This document shows, piece after piece, positions 1-12,044 of a stretch of DNA of 60,000 nucleotides. The notes below the pieces were generated by a model. That model was not told the origin of the DNA, did not search any database, and saw only the letters and a list, made by a program, of their open reading frames with translations. Position 1 is the first letter of the stretch. Every line of letters starts with the position of its first letter. This stretch comes from Callorhinchus milii. Taxonomy: Eukaryota. A program made the position numbers and the translations under genes. Location: the NCBI RefSeq assembly GCF_018977255.1, contig NW_024704742.1, forward strand, positions 106,084,001-106,144,000, written 5' to 3'.

Positions 1-92
1 ATCCACAAATTACATTTTACAGTATATGCTGTAAGCACTTTGAGATGTCTCAAAATGGGATAAAGTGCTATATCAAATGCAAGGATTATTTT
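1..92 (+). mobile_element. SINE 3' tail fragment (L2-type tail)
   Basis: gtgctatatcaaatgcaaggattatt terminus matches the full-length SINEs at 28178 and 39261. Confidence 0.8.
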
Positions 93-227
93 TAATTATA
101 GTCCTGAGATCTGTTAGTCCAGGTAGACAATTGAGAGTTTTTGAATGTAACTATTTCTGGCAGTTTGCCTTGGGGGCTATTTCCTATGTAATGTGGGTAA
201 AACTGTTTAAATGTTCAAAAACACTGG

Positions 228-773
228 TGGCATCCGGCTGGACTATTCCAATGCTCTCCTCGTTGGTCTCCCCAGCTCCACCATGCACAAAATCCAATTA
301 ATTCCAAACTCGCCATACAGATACTCACCCGCACAAAACTCTAAACCCGCATCACATCAGTCCTTGCCAGACTACACTGGCTCCCAATCAACAAATGGAT
401 TGACTTCAAGATCCTCACATTAGTTTTCAAATCACTTAATTCCCTCGCATCTCCCTACCTATCTGACATGCTTATCCACTCCACCACCCGCTGCCTCCGC
501 TTGGCTGGCTCCAGCCTCCTATTTGTCACTCGTGCCCTCTGTTCCACCATCGGTGGCCGTGCCTTCAGCCACTACGCCCCGAAACTCTGGAACTCTGAAT
601 CCCTCAATCCCTTCCCATCTTCAAATCCCGCCTAAAGACCTTCCTTTTTGATTGTGCTTACAGTCACCTCCGCCTTCCCTCTCCCCCTGGGTCATTGTCA
701 GACCCCGTGTAAAGTGCGCTGGGATGCTACCCCACGTGAAGGGTGCTATATAAATGCAAGATATTGTTGTTAT
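228..773 (+). mobile_element. L2 LINE 3' fragment
   Basis: RLDYSNALLVGLP and HWLPI-like/FKIL motifs; ends gggtgctatataaatgcaagatattgttgtt. Confidence 0.88.
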
Positions 774-1339
774 TGGGCTGAATGGCCTCCTCCGTTCCTA
801 TTTTCCTATCTATGCCAGCTGTGTGTTGGATCTTGCATGTGGGTATCTGGATACTTTGTTTGGTGAGTGCCAGACTCAGTTGGTCATGGGTTTGAATCCC
901 AAATGGATTCATTCAGCTTTTCATCCTTCCTCTGAAAAAACACATGAAAAAAATCAATAAAAGAAGTGTCATGTCTTTGCATGTGGAGAAGGCAGAGTGC
1001 TCTTGCTGTGTTTGCTGTTCAGCTATCTATAAGAGGAACAGTACTGTATCCACAGGCTTCTGTGCCAAGTGGAGACTCACTTTTCTGAGTAATCTCTTAT
1101 GACTCCATGCAAGAGTTTCTTCCCAGACTATGTTCAGCCTAATAAAGTAGCATAAATAAGACGCCTTTGGATCTGAATGAGCAGTGTTGAAATAAATTCA
1201 CTTGCAGTGAGCAGTGCTGAAATAAGTGGCACTTTTGGAGGATGGAGGTAAAATGTAGTTAGACTCCAATCAATGTAAGCATTGGCATCAGAATAGGTTA
1301 GATCGAGGTCAGCCTAAATCGTTCCCATAACAAGGTCTG

Positions 1340-1620
1340 CAAGCCCATCATCCTTGCCAGGCTACACTGGCTCCCTATTCCCCAGTGGTTGGCTTTAAGA
1401 ACCTCATTCTTGCTATCAAATGTCCGAGCATGGCAAAAGCATTGATCTTTGCCCCACGATACTTCTGCAAACTTCTGTGGTCCTACTGCCCCATCTGCTC
1501 TCTTTGTTTGCCAATTCTGGTTTGCTCCATGTTCCCCATCCTTCCATCCAACCATTGGTGGGTGAGCCTTCAGCTACCTTGGTGCACTCTCTGGAATTCT
1601 TTCCTCAAATACTCTGCAGG
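1340..1620 (+). mobile_element. Degraded L2 3' fragment
   Basis: ctacactggctccctattccccag and accattggtgggtgagccttcagc...ctctggaattc match L2 ORF2 C-terminal motifs. Confidence 0.7.
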
Positions 1621-1694
1621 AAGGGCACTATATCTCTCTCATTTTACATTTTAATGTCCTGCAGCTTTGTGGTTAGTGCACTATTCGCTCACTG

Positions 1695-1850
1695 AAATAG
1701 TGTTTGCGTAGATTTGTTCTGAATTTACCTCCTTTAATCGCAGGCTGTGTCCTCTGGTTTTTTAATATTCTAGACAAGTTGAAACAGCCTGTCATGATCT
1801 GTATTGTCTTGCCCCTTTAGAATCTTAAAGACAGCAATCATGTCCTATAC
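1695..1850 (-). mobile_element. Degraded CR1 LINE fragment
   Basis: Reverse complement resembles the CR1 ORF2 C-terminus (KILKG.D...TRGH.L). Confidence 0.55.
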
Positions 1851-2804
1851 ACTATGTCTCCTACCCCAGCTCACCAAACCATGGAAAGGTGTTATAGAAG
1901 TTCATTGTTGTTGAGGTTCAAAGAATAGCAACCAATACAGTTTATTCATTCATACACAATGCCCCAATGCATTTGTGACCCTCACAGTCTTGGCATGTAT
2001 TTCACTGAACACTCCTAATCTTAAACTGAAGCAACAACACTAAACATGTATCAGACAATAAGCAGTGAGTCACAGAATAGAGGGTCTCATTCTGCTGAAT
2101 ACTCCTCTTTTGCTCCCCTTGGGGTCTGCCTTGACTATGCTGAGGATGCAGTTTTGATCCAATCACCTTGGGCTTTGGGGTGGCAGGTGTGGAGAGCGAA
2201 AGTGAAGTAAGGAAAAGTTACTGCAAATACACAAGCTACTTTTATCATTCCAGTGCACAGATGAGGGTGACGTTCATTACTCTGAAGGCCTATGGAGGAA
2301 ATGAGGCTACAAACTTGTCCAATTTTTCTGGATTTGGAGGTCCACTGACTGATTCTACATCGGAGTGTGGGAAATTTGACTTTATCCCTTGGGCTGCCCA
2401 GTTCTGAAATAACTGGATGTGGTATTATTACATTCTTTCTTATTTCCCCTACTCTGCCCTGATATTAGTTCTCAAACATAAGTGCTTTATGATGAGCTCA
2501 GGGATTCTCCTGCTATGTTGCTTATGACTCATCAGCACTGCCGCAACATTCTTACATGTTTATTTCCAGAGTCTTTTTTAAATTACAGTTAGGCTGAAAT
2601 TTTGCTTGGCATTATATATTGCGCCTTTGGCTCTAACAGCCGCTAATAGGGTTTCCTCATTATAATTGATGATCGCCAAAGGTGCTAAGCTTAAGACGAA
2701 TATTAGTCTATATATCTGTTTGGCTGCAATAGGTTTGAGCAACATTTGAAATTACGACTGAGATTCATTGCCTGCAAAGATAAAACAATAGCACAATCCT
2801 CCAC

Positions 2805-3240
2805 AAGTTCACAAGATTGGTTCAGATGAAGAAAGCCCTTCACCCATCTATCATAAAATCTTAGAATTTTACAGCACAGAAGGAAGCCATTTGGCCTGTC
2901 ATGCCTGTGCCAGCTCTTTGAAAGAGTTGCAAACTAGTCCAACATCCCCGCTCTTACCCCATAGAATCATAGAATCTGATCTCATCCTCCACAATACTCA
3001 TCCAATTGTCTTCCCAACAGAGCATCAAACTGTTCTTTAAATGAGTCCAGTGTATTTATCTCAATCACACTTCCTGGTAACCTGTTCCAGTTTACCCTTT
3101 GGATAAATTTGCCCTCTGGATAAAGAAATTCTTCCTGACGTCTGTCCTGAAATTGCCCTTTCGAACCTGTGTCCTCTTGTTTTACTGTCTCAGTGCATCT
3201 GAAAGTATTGTACTAAGTTTACTTTCTCAATTCCATTTAG
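2805..3240 (-). mobile_element. CR1 3' fragments (composite of at least two 3' ends)
   Basis: acagcacagaaggaagccatttggcc 3'UTR; reverse complement gives TRGH..KGNFRTDVRKNFF and LPGSVIE-like motifs. Confidence 0.75.
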
Positions 3241-3439
3241 GGTGGGTATAGTCAGATTGTGATCAAATATTTTTTCTTTAGAAATAGTGCCAAATCCAAC
3301 AGAATTGTTTGAAATGTCTTTTAATTTTTCAATCTGAGAGGGAAATCAGACTTTTTTGCGGAACTCCATTCTGAAAATAGACTTAGTTGAAACAGCATTC
3401 CAATAAGTCAGATTCACAGACTTCCAGACTATTCCAAAT

Positions 3440-4905
3440 CTTTCTTCCGATGGCTGATGTCTGTCATCGGTCATGGCCAGAAGGATCTCTCTGGGCTCAT
3501 GTCAATGTTGGACAAGTGTACTCATTCAGTGTTCCAGATTGCAACTGTGGTATTTGTCCACAAGTAGGGTGATCCTAATGAGTCCAAGGGATTTCATTAA
3601 TTTCAGTAGTTCTTAAAGTGGTGCTTCAGATAGATACTGGATGTGTATCTTGGAGTTTTGTGGTTTGATCAGGAAAGCTGGCTCACGAGGAATGTATGGG
3701 ACAGGTTGTGACTTTGTATGAGATCACAGAACATTGTAAGGCTAAGGAAACCCCCACCTATGTTGCATTCGTCGACTTCCACGAGGCTATCTGTTTCAGG
3801 TTTTTCTGACATGATTGCGGGGCTTCTGTTTGCAGACGATATTGTACTGCTTGGGGGACGCACACGAGGCCACCCGGTGGAACATGGTGGAAGGCGCCCC
3901 CAAGTGCAGAATCATGGATTTGCATGGCTCAAAAGAAGACATTGAGGGTATTGATTGGAAGATACAAGGGGTATCGGTCCCACATTGATTCTTATCAGTA
4001 CCTGTGGGCAGTGGTGGACACCAACATTTGCCTGGATACTGTCCTGAAGGACCACGCTGAGAAAGGAGAAGGGCCCTCTGGTCATACTTGATCCGTTTCA
4101 AGGAAAGCAAGGTACCAATGCAGGTCAAGCTTGTCGCTTATAAGACCTGTGTACAAACAGTTCTTCTTTTTGGTTCTGAGTTCCTGGCGCAGGAATGCAG
4201 GAATGTTCTGATGCGGTGGAGAGGCTTCCTCCAGCCCATTTATAAAGTCCAGGGTGAAGCGGTGAGGTGGATCTGTGGAAAACATGGGAAGAGGCTGCAG
4301 CGAGGGAGGGTTCTGGCCTATACTGACCTGTCACTGAGCACCCTGGAGACAGAGTTGGCTTCACAGGGGAAAGTCTGCCAAGGCCCCTCACATGAGGATT
4401 TGGATTAAGCAGCTGATGCTGAGTAAACTTCGTACTTGGTATAGGACTTGGACCTCAAGAATATCAAGGTGACTGGCAAGTCACAAGCTGTCCTGTAAAG
4501 GTCCCCCACCATGGTGAAGACAAATGTCTGTCAGATAATTGATTAGAAACTCTAATGTTTTGAGGTGATGGCTGCTGGAAGGCATAACCTGGAGTTCGAG
4601 TTTATGAACATGAATTTATACATTCAGGACCTGGAATCCACCCTCATTGGTTTACAGAAAGATAAGCAGCTGCTTCTAAAGCTCCACACCTTCAACTTTG
4701 GAACCATTGCTTTATGAGAATGGATGTGTGTCCGAGCTGTGGCCAGGGAGGTAGTGGCAATGCTCTCACACATTTCATGCTGAACTGTGTTGTCCACCAG
4801 GAAGCTCGCAGAAAGTTCCTGGTATCTGCCATCCACCTAGTGAGAGCTCAAACTGACTCATGTCAAGTGACCAACTAGTGACCATCCTCTGGGGGGAGGG
4901 AGGCA
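3440..4905 (+). mobile_element. Decayed non-LTR retrotransposon ORF2 (RT plus C-terminal CCHC knuckle), clade distinct from local L2/CR1/L1
   Basis: Ordered motifs across frameshifts: TVVFVHK*GDP, GISLISVVLKV, EECMGQVVTLYEI, YVAFVDFHEA, GLLFADDIVLL, WNM..PKCRIM, YQYL, YKTCVQTVLLFGSE, CPSCG...THFMLNC. Confidence 0.9.
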
Positions 4906-4925
4906 TCCCATTCCAGTAAATATCT

Positions 4926-5016
4926 TAGGAATTTCCATGTACAGGTGGGATGAATGGAACTCTGTTTGGGGTGTATATTCTTAAGTATGGTGACTGGTTT
5001 CTGCATGCGTCAAACC
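4926..5016 (-). repeat. Unclassified ~100-130 bp interspersed repeat, copy 1
   Basis: Reverse complement catgcagaaaccagtcaccatacttaagaatata...catggaaattcct aligns with the copies at 6885, 48915, 54965 and 59467. Confidence 0.7.
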
Positions 5017-6607
5017 AAAGAAAAGACTTCTAGATTAAAAAATTACATTGAGCAATGCCATCAAGTTGTACTCTTTTGTCTTTGTCATAAGCTTGGTACA
5101 TTAATTTATTTCTCGTGTTGAACGTAAAACTGTGACATAACGTAACATGAAGTTGACTTCAGTGGCATCCTCTGGAGAGCATGACTGAAATATTTGCGCA
5201 TCGATGAAGATCAACATCTTATCTTATGGTTGTATGGAGTTTAAGTTATTAAAAGTATTTTTCCATGGCTGCCACCTGCCTCAGCGTCTTTTCCTTCGAT
5301 TAAGAGGTGGAATGAGATGGCCTATTGACTTCTCCACAGTGGTTGTCAAGGCTCATGTACAATTGACTAACCAGAGATACTCTCCTCTGGATAGGGCTAT
5401 TTCCTGGGCAGGTTTTGCTCTTGGTGACCTGGATCTTTGTTGCTGTGAAGCACTTCCTCTGGTGCAGCAGCTGAGAAACAGTGCAGTTCGCTCAATGATG
5501 ACTGACAAATTTGAAGACTGAGAAGTGAACTTAAGCCCTTTAGCTGACAGCCAAGCGTCAGAGACGTTGAGCTGCCAGGATTACTCCATTCTACAATATT
5601 TCCTATATTAGGTATATGGATACATTTCATAAAGATCTCATCAAATGTGCCACCAAATCTTGGCAGGTTTTCAAAACAATGTAACTTTTTTATTATTTGA
5701 CCGGGGCATAATGTTTTTTTCACAAAAGTTGAGCCAAAAATTCTAACGTCTTCAAATTGCTGGTGAACCCAAACAAACCACTATTACATTATTGAAAAGT
5801 GTGAGGAAAGAATGCTTCAGTTTTTAGCCTAATTGTAGATTTCATTTATTGAAAAAAAGAGGTTTCTACTTGCTTTTTAATGAATATAAAGAGAACTGCA
5901 ACACATCACAGTATATGTTTCTCCACTAATATTACAAGGGTGGCAAAAATCCAGTACCATTCTAGTCTCTGCTTCCTTGAGTGCTTACCAACTTCCTGGG
6001 TTATGCTCCAGTATTAATCTCACAAAATACTTTTAATTATGTGACTCCCTAAGGATTCCTTCTCATATGCTAACTTTCATCCCATTATTGTTAGCTGGAT
6101 AATATTCTATTTTTTAAATATATTTTTTTTAATTGGACCTTACTTTTATAAGACAATCTTTCCAATATAACAGCACTAAATAATGAATTGCAGACCACTA
6201 GGCTGACAGGATTTCTAACACTGCAGAGCTATGCTTTTAACCAGGATTAATGTCACACTGGTCACACCATCTGATTCTTACCAATGTTAGCATCCTTTGG
6301 AATCATTCCCAGAATAACCTTTTTGTAGTGAATTAACTAGCTGATTATACACTATTGATTCCAAGCCCTCCACAAAGCTGCTTTCGGAAGGTTTCTGAAA
6401 TTGGGCATCTGCAAAACGCATGCATAAGATCTGCTCCAATTATCATTCTTCATGATTCCTACTTCAAACTGCATCAATTTGGACTAGATGAGAATGGTTC
6501 ATGTGGAGAAAAACACCAGCACAAACTTATTGAGCTGACTGACCTTTTTCCATCCAGTATCAATCAATCATTTTAGGTTAGGCTGGGTACAGATATACGC
6601 TTTATAT

Positions 6608-6800
6608 AAAAACAGAGAGAGCTGGGAAAACTCAGCAGGTCAGGCAGCATCTATGGAGAAAGGAAAGTGCTTTGACTGTTTATGCATGTGTTTTGACTCA
6701 CTTTTCTTTCTCCGTAGATGCTGCCTGACCTGCTGAGTTTTCCCAGCTCTCTCTGTTTTTGTTTCAGATTTCTAGCATCTGCAGTATTTTGTGTTTTGTT
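6608..6800. repeat. Palindromic shark repeat (probably Penelope-like-element derived), 62-bp inverted arms
   Basis: 6608-6669 is the reverse complement of 6699-6760 with 2 mismatches; core ctcagcaggtcaggcagcatct and trailing tttcagatttctagcatctgcagta. Confidence 0.85.
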
Positions 6801-6884
6801 GCATATGGTTTATATGTCTGTTGCTAACGCTGTCACTATAACTCATGTCTACATAGTAATATAAAAGGGCATTACATTTTTGGT

Positions 6885-7015
6885 TAGCTGGGTGTCTGAC
6901 ATGCATGGAGACCTATCACAATGCTTAAGAGTATGCAAACTTAAGAGAGTTGCACATATGTATTCCACTTATGCATGGAAATTTCCCTTTGTCTGGCATG
7001 GAATGCATTCTCTCT
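6885..7015 (+). repeat. Unclassified interspersed repeat, copy 2
   Basis: ggtgtctgacatgcatggagacctatcacaatgcttaagagtatgcaaac...catggaaatttcc...ggaatgcattctctc. Confidence 0.7.
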
Positions 7016-7194
7016 CTCCGGAGGACCATATCCTGTTTATCTAATTCCAGAAAGTATTAGGTCATCATGTTGTCTTCATCCACAGGCTATGTACAAGCTA
7101 TCTTATTTGTGGATTTCACTCCATCTATTCTATTTCCCTGGGAAAACTCTGCATAAATACTTACAATAAAATACAATTTACATTTATATAGCAT

Positions 7195-7343
7195 TGGGAC
7201 ATTGCTGTGCGCAATTGGCTGCCGCGTTCGCCCACAAATATACAGTCAATTCACTTTGCAGTATGTTCTGTGAAGCGCTTTGGGACGTCCTCCCGACGTG
7301 AAAAGCGCTATATCAAATGCAAGGATTATTATTATTATTATTA
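7195..7343 (+). mobile_element. SINE 3' half
   Basis: Near-identical to the 3' part of the SINE at 39261; (TTA)n tail. Confidence 0.9.
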
Positions 7344-8019
7344 TCTTTCATTTTGGGAGGATGTCTCAAAGCACCTCTCTGTTTCTCAAAGGGAATCAAG
7401 CTAAAATCAAGAATTTTAAACAAAAATAAATCTTACATTTCATATAGAAAATTTCACGTCAGGACGCTTCACAGGATATACTGTAAAGTGTAGTGACTAT
7501 GTATTCATCTCCTCTGCTGAGAATGATCTCCATTCCTCAGACTGCAAATATCTCACTCTTCATATTGAAAACACTCAATCTTAATCACAATGAAGCTTTA
7601 TCACTGTAAGCTTCCCCACGTAATGTTGAGCTCTAAATCACCCTTTCAAAGACTATGGTGAAAGCACTGAGATATCTATGCTTTTCTTTAAACCAAGCAG
7701 TTCAAACAGTCTGTTCACCTTTTGTAATCTCTTCCTACAAATCTCAGGAACTTTGTGGCATTCTTCCAATTGGAGCCAAATATTGATCCAAGAACAAGCA
7801 GATCTAGGAAAAAAACTATAAATTGCATAATTTGTATTTGCAGGAAAATCTTCTAAGCTGGCACGTGTTTAAATTGTTTATTCCCCTGTTGGATTCCAAA
7901 TTTGGAACATCTGTATTCCAGTACTGACCAGGTTTTATTAACACCCCCTTTGCTCCCTGCACACATAATTAGTTTTGTACCTTTCTATGGCAAAGTTAAT
8001 GATAATTTATGGTTCATCT

Positions 8020-8768
8020 GCTCCCTTCACTGTACCATTGATGGGCAAGCTTTCAGACCTTTGCCCCTTTCAGACAGAAATCCCTATGTTTTACACTTTC
8101 TCCCTGTCTTCAAAGCCACCTTAAAACGTATATCTTCAACCGTGCTTTCTTTCCCCTCCTCAGCTCCCTTCCACTCATTTCCCAGCTTGGACTCTGAGTC
8201 AGCTGTGTGATGGTGAAAAGCACTATATAAATGTAAATTGTTGCAGTTGATTGTATGAAGAAAGGTAAATATTTATTAATGGTAAATATTTGTACCATGA
8301 CAGGTTAGAATGTCTTACGCTGTGTTTTCAGTGCTGCAAGCGAAGCCATGTTGCAGAGTTGTATAGGATAATACAGGATGTGGAGCTTGATAGAGGTAGA
8401 GTTCAAAATCTTCGTCCTTACTTTCAAAGTCCTCCAAGGCTTTGCTCCTCCCTATCTCTGTGACTTGCAAACTCTGTATCAACCTGTCCATCCATCATCA
8501 GCAGTCAGACCTTTAGCGTTTGTGCCCCAACTCTTTGGAACTCCATCCCACTATCCCTTCACCTTGCCCCCTCTCTTGCCTCCTTGAAGGCCCATCTTGA
8601 GCCCTCCACTTTGATGTGCCTTCAGTTACCCTCCTAGCCTCCCTGTCCTCCACCCTTCCTGATCCCAACCCCCAGCTTGGGTGCAAATCCTTGACTGTCT
8701 AGTGCTTTGGGAAGTCCTCCTAATGTGAAAGGCACTGTACAAATGTAATTTATTGTTGTTGTTGTTGA
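8020..8768 (+). mobile_element. Two degraded L2 3' fragments (~8020-8245 and ~8390-8768)
   Basis: FKIFVLTFKVLQGFAPPYL; tails gtgaaaagcactatataaatgtaaattgttg and gtgaaaggcactgtacaaatgtaatttattgttgttg. Confidence 0.8.
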
Positions 8769-9695
8769 ACCCTGATTTACACTTCCCATTTAACTTCACA
8801 TTGGACTTGGGCCATTATAAAACAGGCATTTGTTTTCACAGTTTCTGTATGCCCATTGCGATACCTGTCTGCTATATTCCTCCTGCAGCAGGTGTGAATT
8901 ATTGTACAATGTTCCTGACACCATCTCCTCCAGGTTGTGTCAGAATCAATGCTCCAGTGCAATGTAGGCTAGTTCAGCATTGCTTTCCATTTGGCAGATG
9001 ATCACACAAAAAATGGCAGCGATACACCAGCCAACAAAGGTACTGTATAAATGTATCATAATTCATTTTAAGAATTTCAAAAAAAAACTCTTCCAACTGA
9101 TAGGGTAAATGTTCACTGGTCTGGAGATTTATTAACCTTTGGAGAATCACCCCTCTGCTATCTATTCAATTATGGAATACTACAATTAGAAAGCAGTATC
9201 TCACCATTGAGAGCTAAGCTCAATCCTTAATTTACTCATATGACTTACTTTATCACCGCCCTTAGCTGAACAGAAAGGTAATAAACTCCCATGTCAGTAA
9301 CACCAGAGGCCTGACATTTCTCATTGCTTTACTCTTAAGGCCATTGTCTGAAAATTTAAGATTGTGCAGATTTTTGGAAAATCATTAAATTCTGCTTTAA
9401 TTGAGAAGTTGCTTTGCTTTTTTTTACATATGACTTTTAAATGAAGATTAAAATTAAGACTTTTCCAAGATCCAAAAAGAATTTGGGGTCTCGGATTCCC
9501 TGCCACAGCTCCAGGTATAAGAAAAACGATTGTTTGTTAACTAATGATTATTTGTCTGAACCACTAGAGGAAATTGTATCAGCAAATGACCCTTCATCAT
9601 TCTCAAAATATTGACAATTCCTTTCTTCCACATGTCGATTACCCAAATAACACAAAACCAGGAAAACAGTTTCAATACTTCGCTACCCCTTTTGT

Positions 9696-9843
9696 GAATA
9701 ATAATCCTTGCATTTGATATAGCTTCTTATCATGTTTTTGAGACATCTCAACGTACTTCACAGAATACACTGTAAAGTGAATTGACTGTATATTTTGTAG
9801 GCAAAACGCAGCAGCTATTTGCACACAGCAGTGTCCCACAAAA
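9696..9843 (-). mobile_element. SINE 3' half
   Basis: aataataatccttgcatttgatatagc is the reverse complement of the SINE tail. Confidence 0.85.
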
Positions 9844-9989
9844 AGGGGTGGATTGAATCCTCCAAGGCAGCATTAGCACATTGTCTGCACATTTGCCCCT
9901 ACTCCTCCTTCCTCCTCAATTTCTGACCCTTCCAGATTGCTTGTGCTTGTAGCTTTAGTATCAAAATAGCAAACAAGAATGAAATCAGG

Positions 9990-10430
9990 CATCTTCATTT
10001 CATTCCTTGTACGAGCATGAAAGCGACATGAAAGAAACCCATTAAGCGAAGATCAAAGCCAATAATTAATTATATATTGCTTAACCCACCTCACAAAGTC
10101 CTCTAACTTTTCTATGGCATAAAACAAATAACGGCAGTCACCTGGTCAAAGGCCATTTCTGTATCCAGATACAAATCCATCACCGGGGAATCTCCCAAAT
10201 TGATGTATAATGAGTACGACTTTGCTCCTGAAAATACTCGTCCTTAACAAATTCTTTTTGAACATTATGGATAACCTCTCCTAAGGCCCCTTCCAGTCTC
10301 CATCTGAGCACTATTGCAGAGATTTTAAAATCCCTGTTGAGGAGGGAAATGGATCTATAGCTTACATAATTGAATGGGTCCTTCTCTGGTTTCAGGAAAA
10401 CCAATATCGCCTCTTGATTCATCGCCTGTG
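9990..10430 (-). mobile_element. L1/Tx1-clade RT fragment
   Basis: AILVFLKPEKDPFNYVSYRSISLLNRDFKI...RL...VIHNVQKEF, then LYLDTEMAFDQV (LDAEKAFDRV-like). Confidence 0.82.
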
Positions 10431-12044
10431 CAAGTCCTCATTTTGGTACCATTAATATTCTGTACCTTTTTAACAACTAAAAAGCTGCCTCACAATGAAA
10501 ATAGCTTTCTTTTAGGTCAAGTGGAACAGGACTCATGTAGTACTTAACTCTAAGTGTAGAAAGCTTGCTTTCAATATGACATGCTTCATTGTTATGTGTA
10601 CCATTTTTTACACACAATTATTATTAGGGTGTAGTTGACAAGCTATTCCCACATGGATTGCAGAGTTTGCATACGTCTGGATGTTTTATAATGCAGAGTA
10701 AGGAAAGAGGCATGAATCACATTCAGTTTTATAAGCTTGCACAACGCAATAAAAAATTCTGAATTCTTTGGAGAATGTATTATTTACTATGGTCTTATCT
10801 TCTCTGATCCCAATTAATTCAGCTCTAGTTATACTGATAAGACATGGGGGTAACAGCACATGACACTCTGGTATACCACATTGTAATAGCATGGTTTCAT
10901 GAAGATAGGCAGGAAATTGTTTTGCCTCGTGTTTTCATAAGGGCTTTTTTATGTTGGTGTGAAAAGCCTGGACTCAAGGGTAGGATCTGCTAACAGGAAA
11001 AAACCTAAGATGTCTTGTCAAATAGTTTTGAACTGGGAATGGGTGGTCCAATTAAAGGCAAAAGATAATGGTTGGAAAATCTGCAGCAATGCTGAGATTA
11101 TTCAATTGTCTGTTTGACATTCTCCTAAAAATATCTTTCTGTTTCACAGTGTTGCTGCTTTGAGGAAAGAATAATGTGAAAGGGGATTAGGGAATTGAGA
11201 TAAGAAGACCAATGGCCCCATTAGAGGCTGTGCTGAAGAGCATGCACTGATAAGTGTTCATCATGCACTAAAACAATTAACACAGCGAGCTGGTAATGCA
11301 TTCTGAGATCATTAACCATCCCCTTACTGCATGAACTCACAAAGCATGTAAAGAATTCTGTTAATAACATCATACATCCAGATGATTGTATGAACTTGGA
11401 ATACAAATTTACCAAATGCTGGAACTCAGATATCTCTAATCCTTAGACTTGTGTATGGTGGACTGTAAAATTGCTTCAGTCATAATCCATCAGTTTCAGT
11501 GCTCCAGTCCAGTGAGGGTAAATTCAAGCAGGGTTCCTACTCCTCTTTGCTATACAGTAACATGGGTGAAAAACACACATTTAACTTTTCACTGGATTCT
11601 GAAGTGCGAGATTTACATAAGATGTTATAAATAGAAAATCTCAAATGCTGGAGGAACAAACCCATGTATTGTAGGCTGTCTTTCTGGAACTTTGCTTGGT
11701 CTCAGTTACACCTTCTGTGAAGTCAAGAGTGAGGTGACGTTCCAGAGGGTGGCCTATAACACATCCGTAATTCACTATTTTCAAATCCTTTGCGAACCTT
11801 GAAGTTTACATCGCGATGAATAAAAGATTGGGTTTGGGTCTGACGCTCCCAAACATAAGCTACATTAACTGTCCATGCTCACCTATCAATAATTATCACT
11901 TGAGTGAGACACAAAGGGTGTTAGTTTAGCCTGGCGCAAAACTTGATATACAAATATTCTGGTGAAGAGATGAGAGCACTACTAACTGAACCAATTGAAT
12001 CTTTTACAGGCAACATTTTCTGTGAGGAATTATGACACATTTTA

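Noticed and set aside
5204..5723. 105-aa and 108-aa ORFs in unique DNA
   Set aside because: No recognisable domain, no convincing splice sites, and the length is compatible with chance.
6670..6698. Hammerhead ribozyme in the palindrome loop
   Set aside because: The CTGATGA and GAAAC core motifs are absent.
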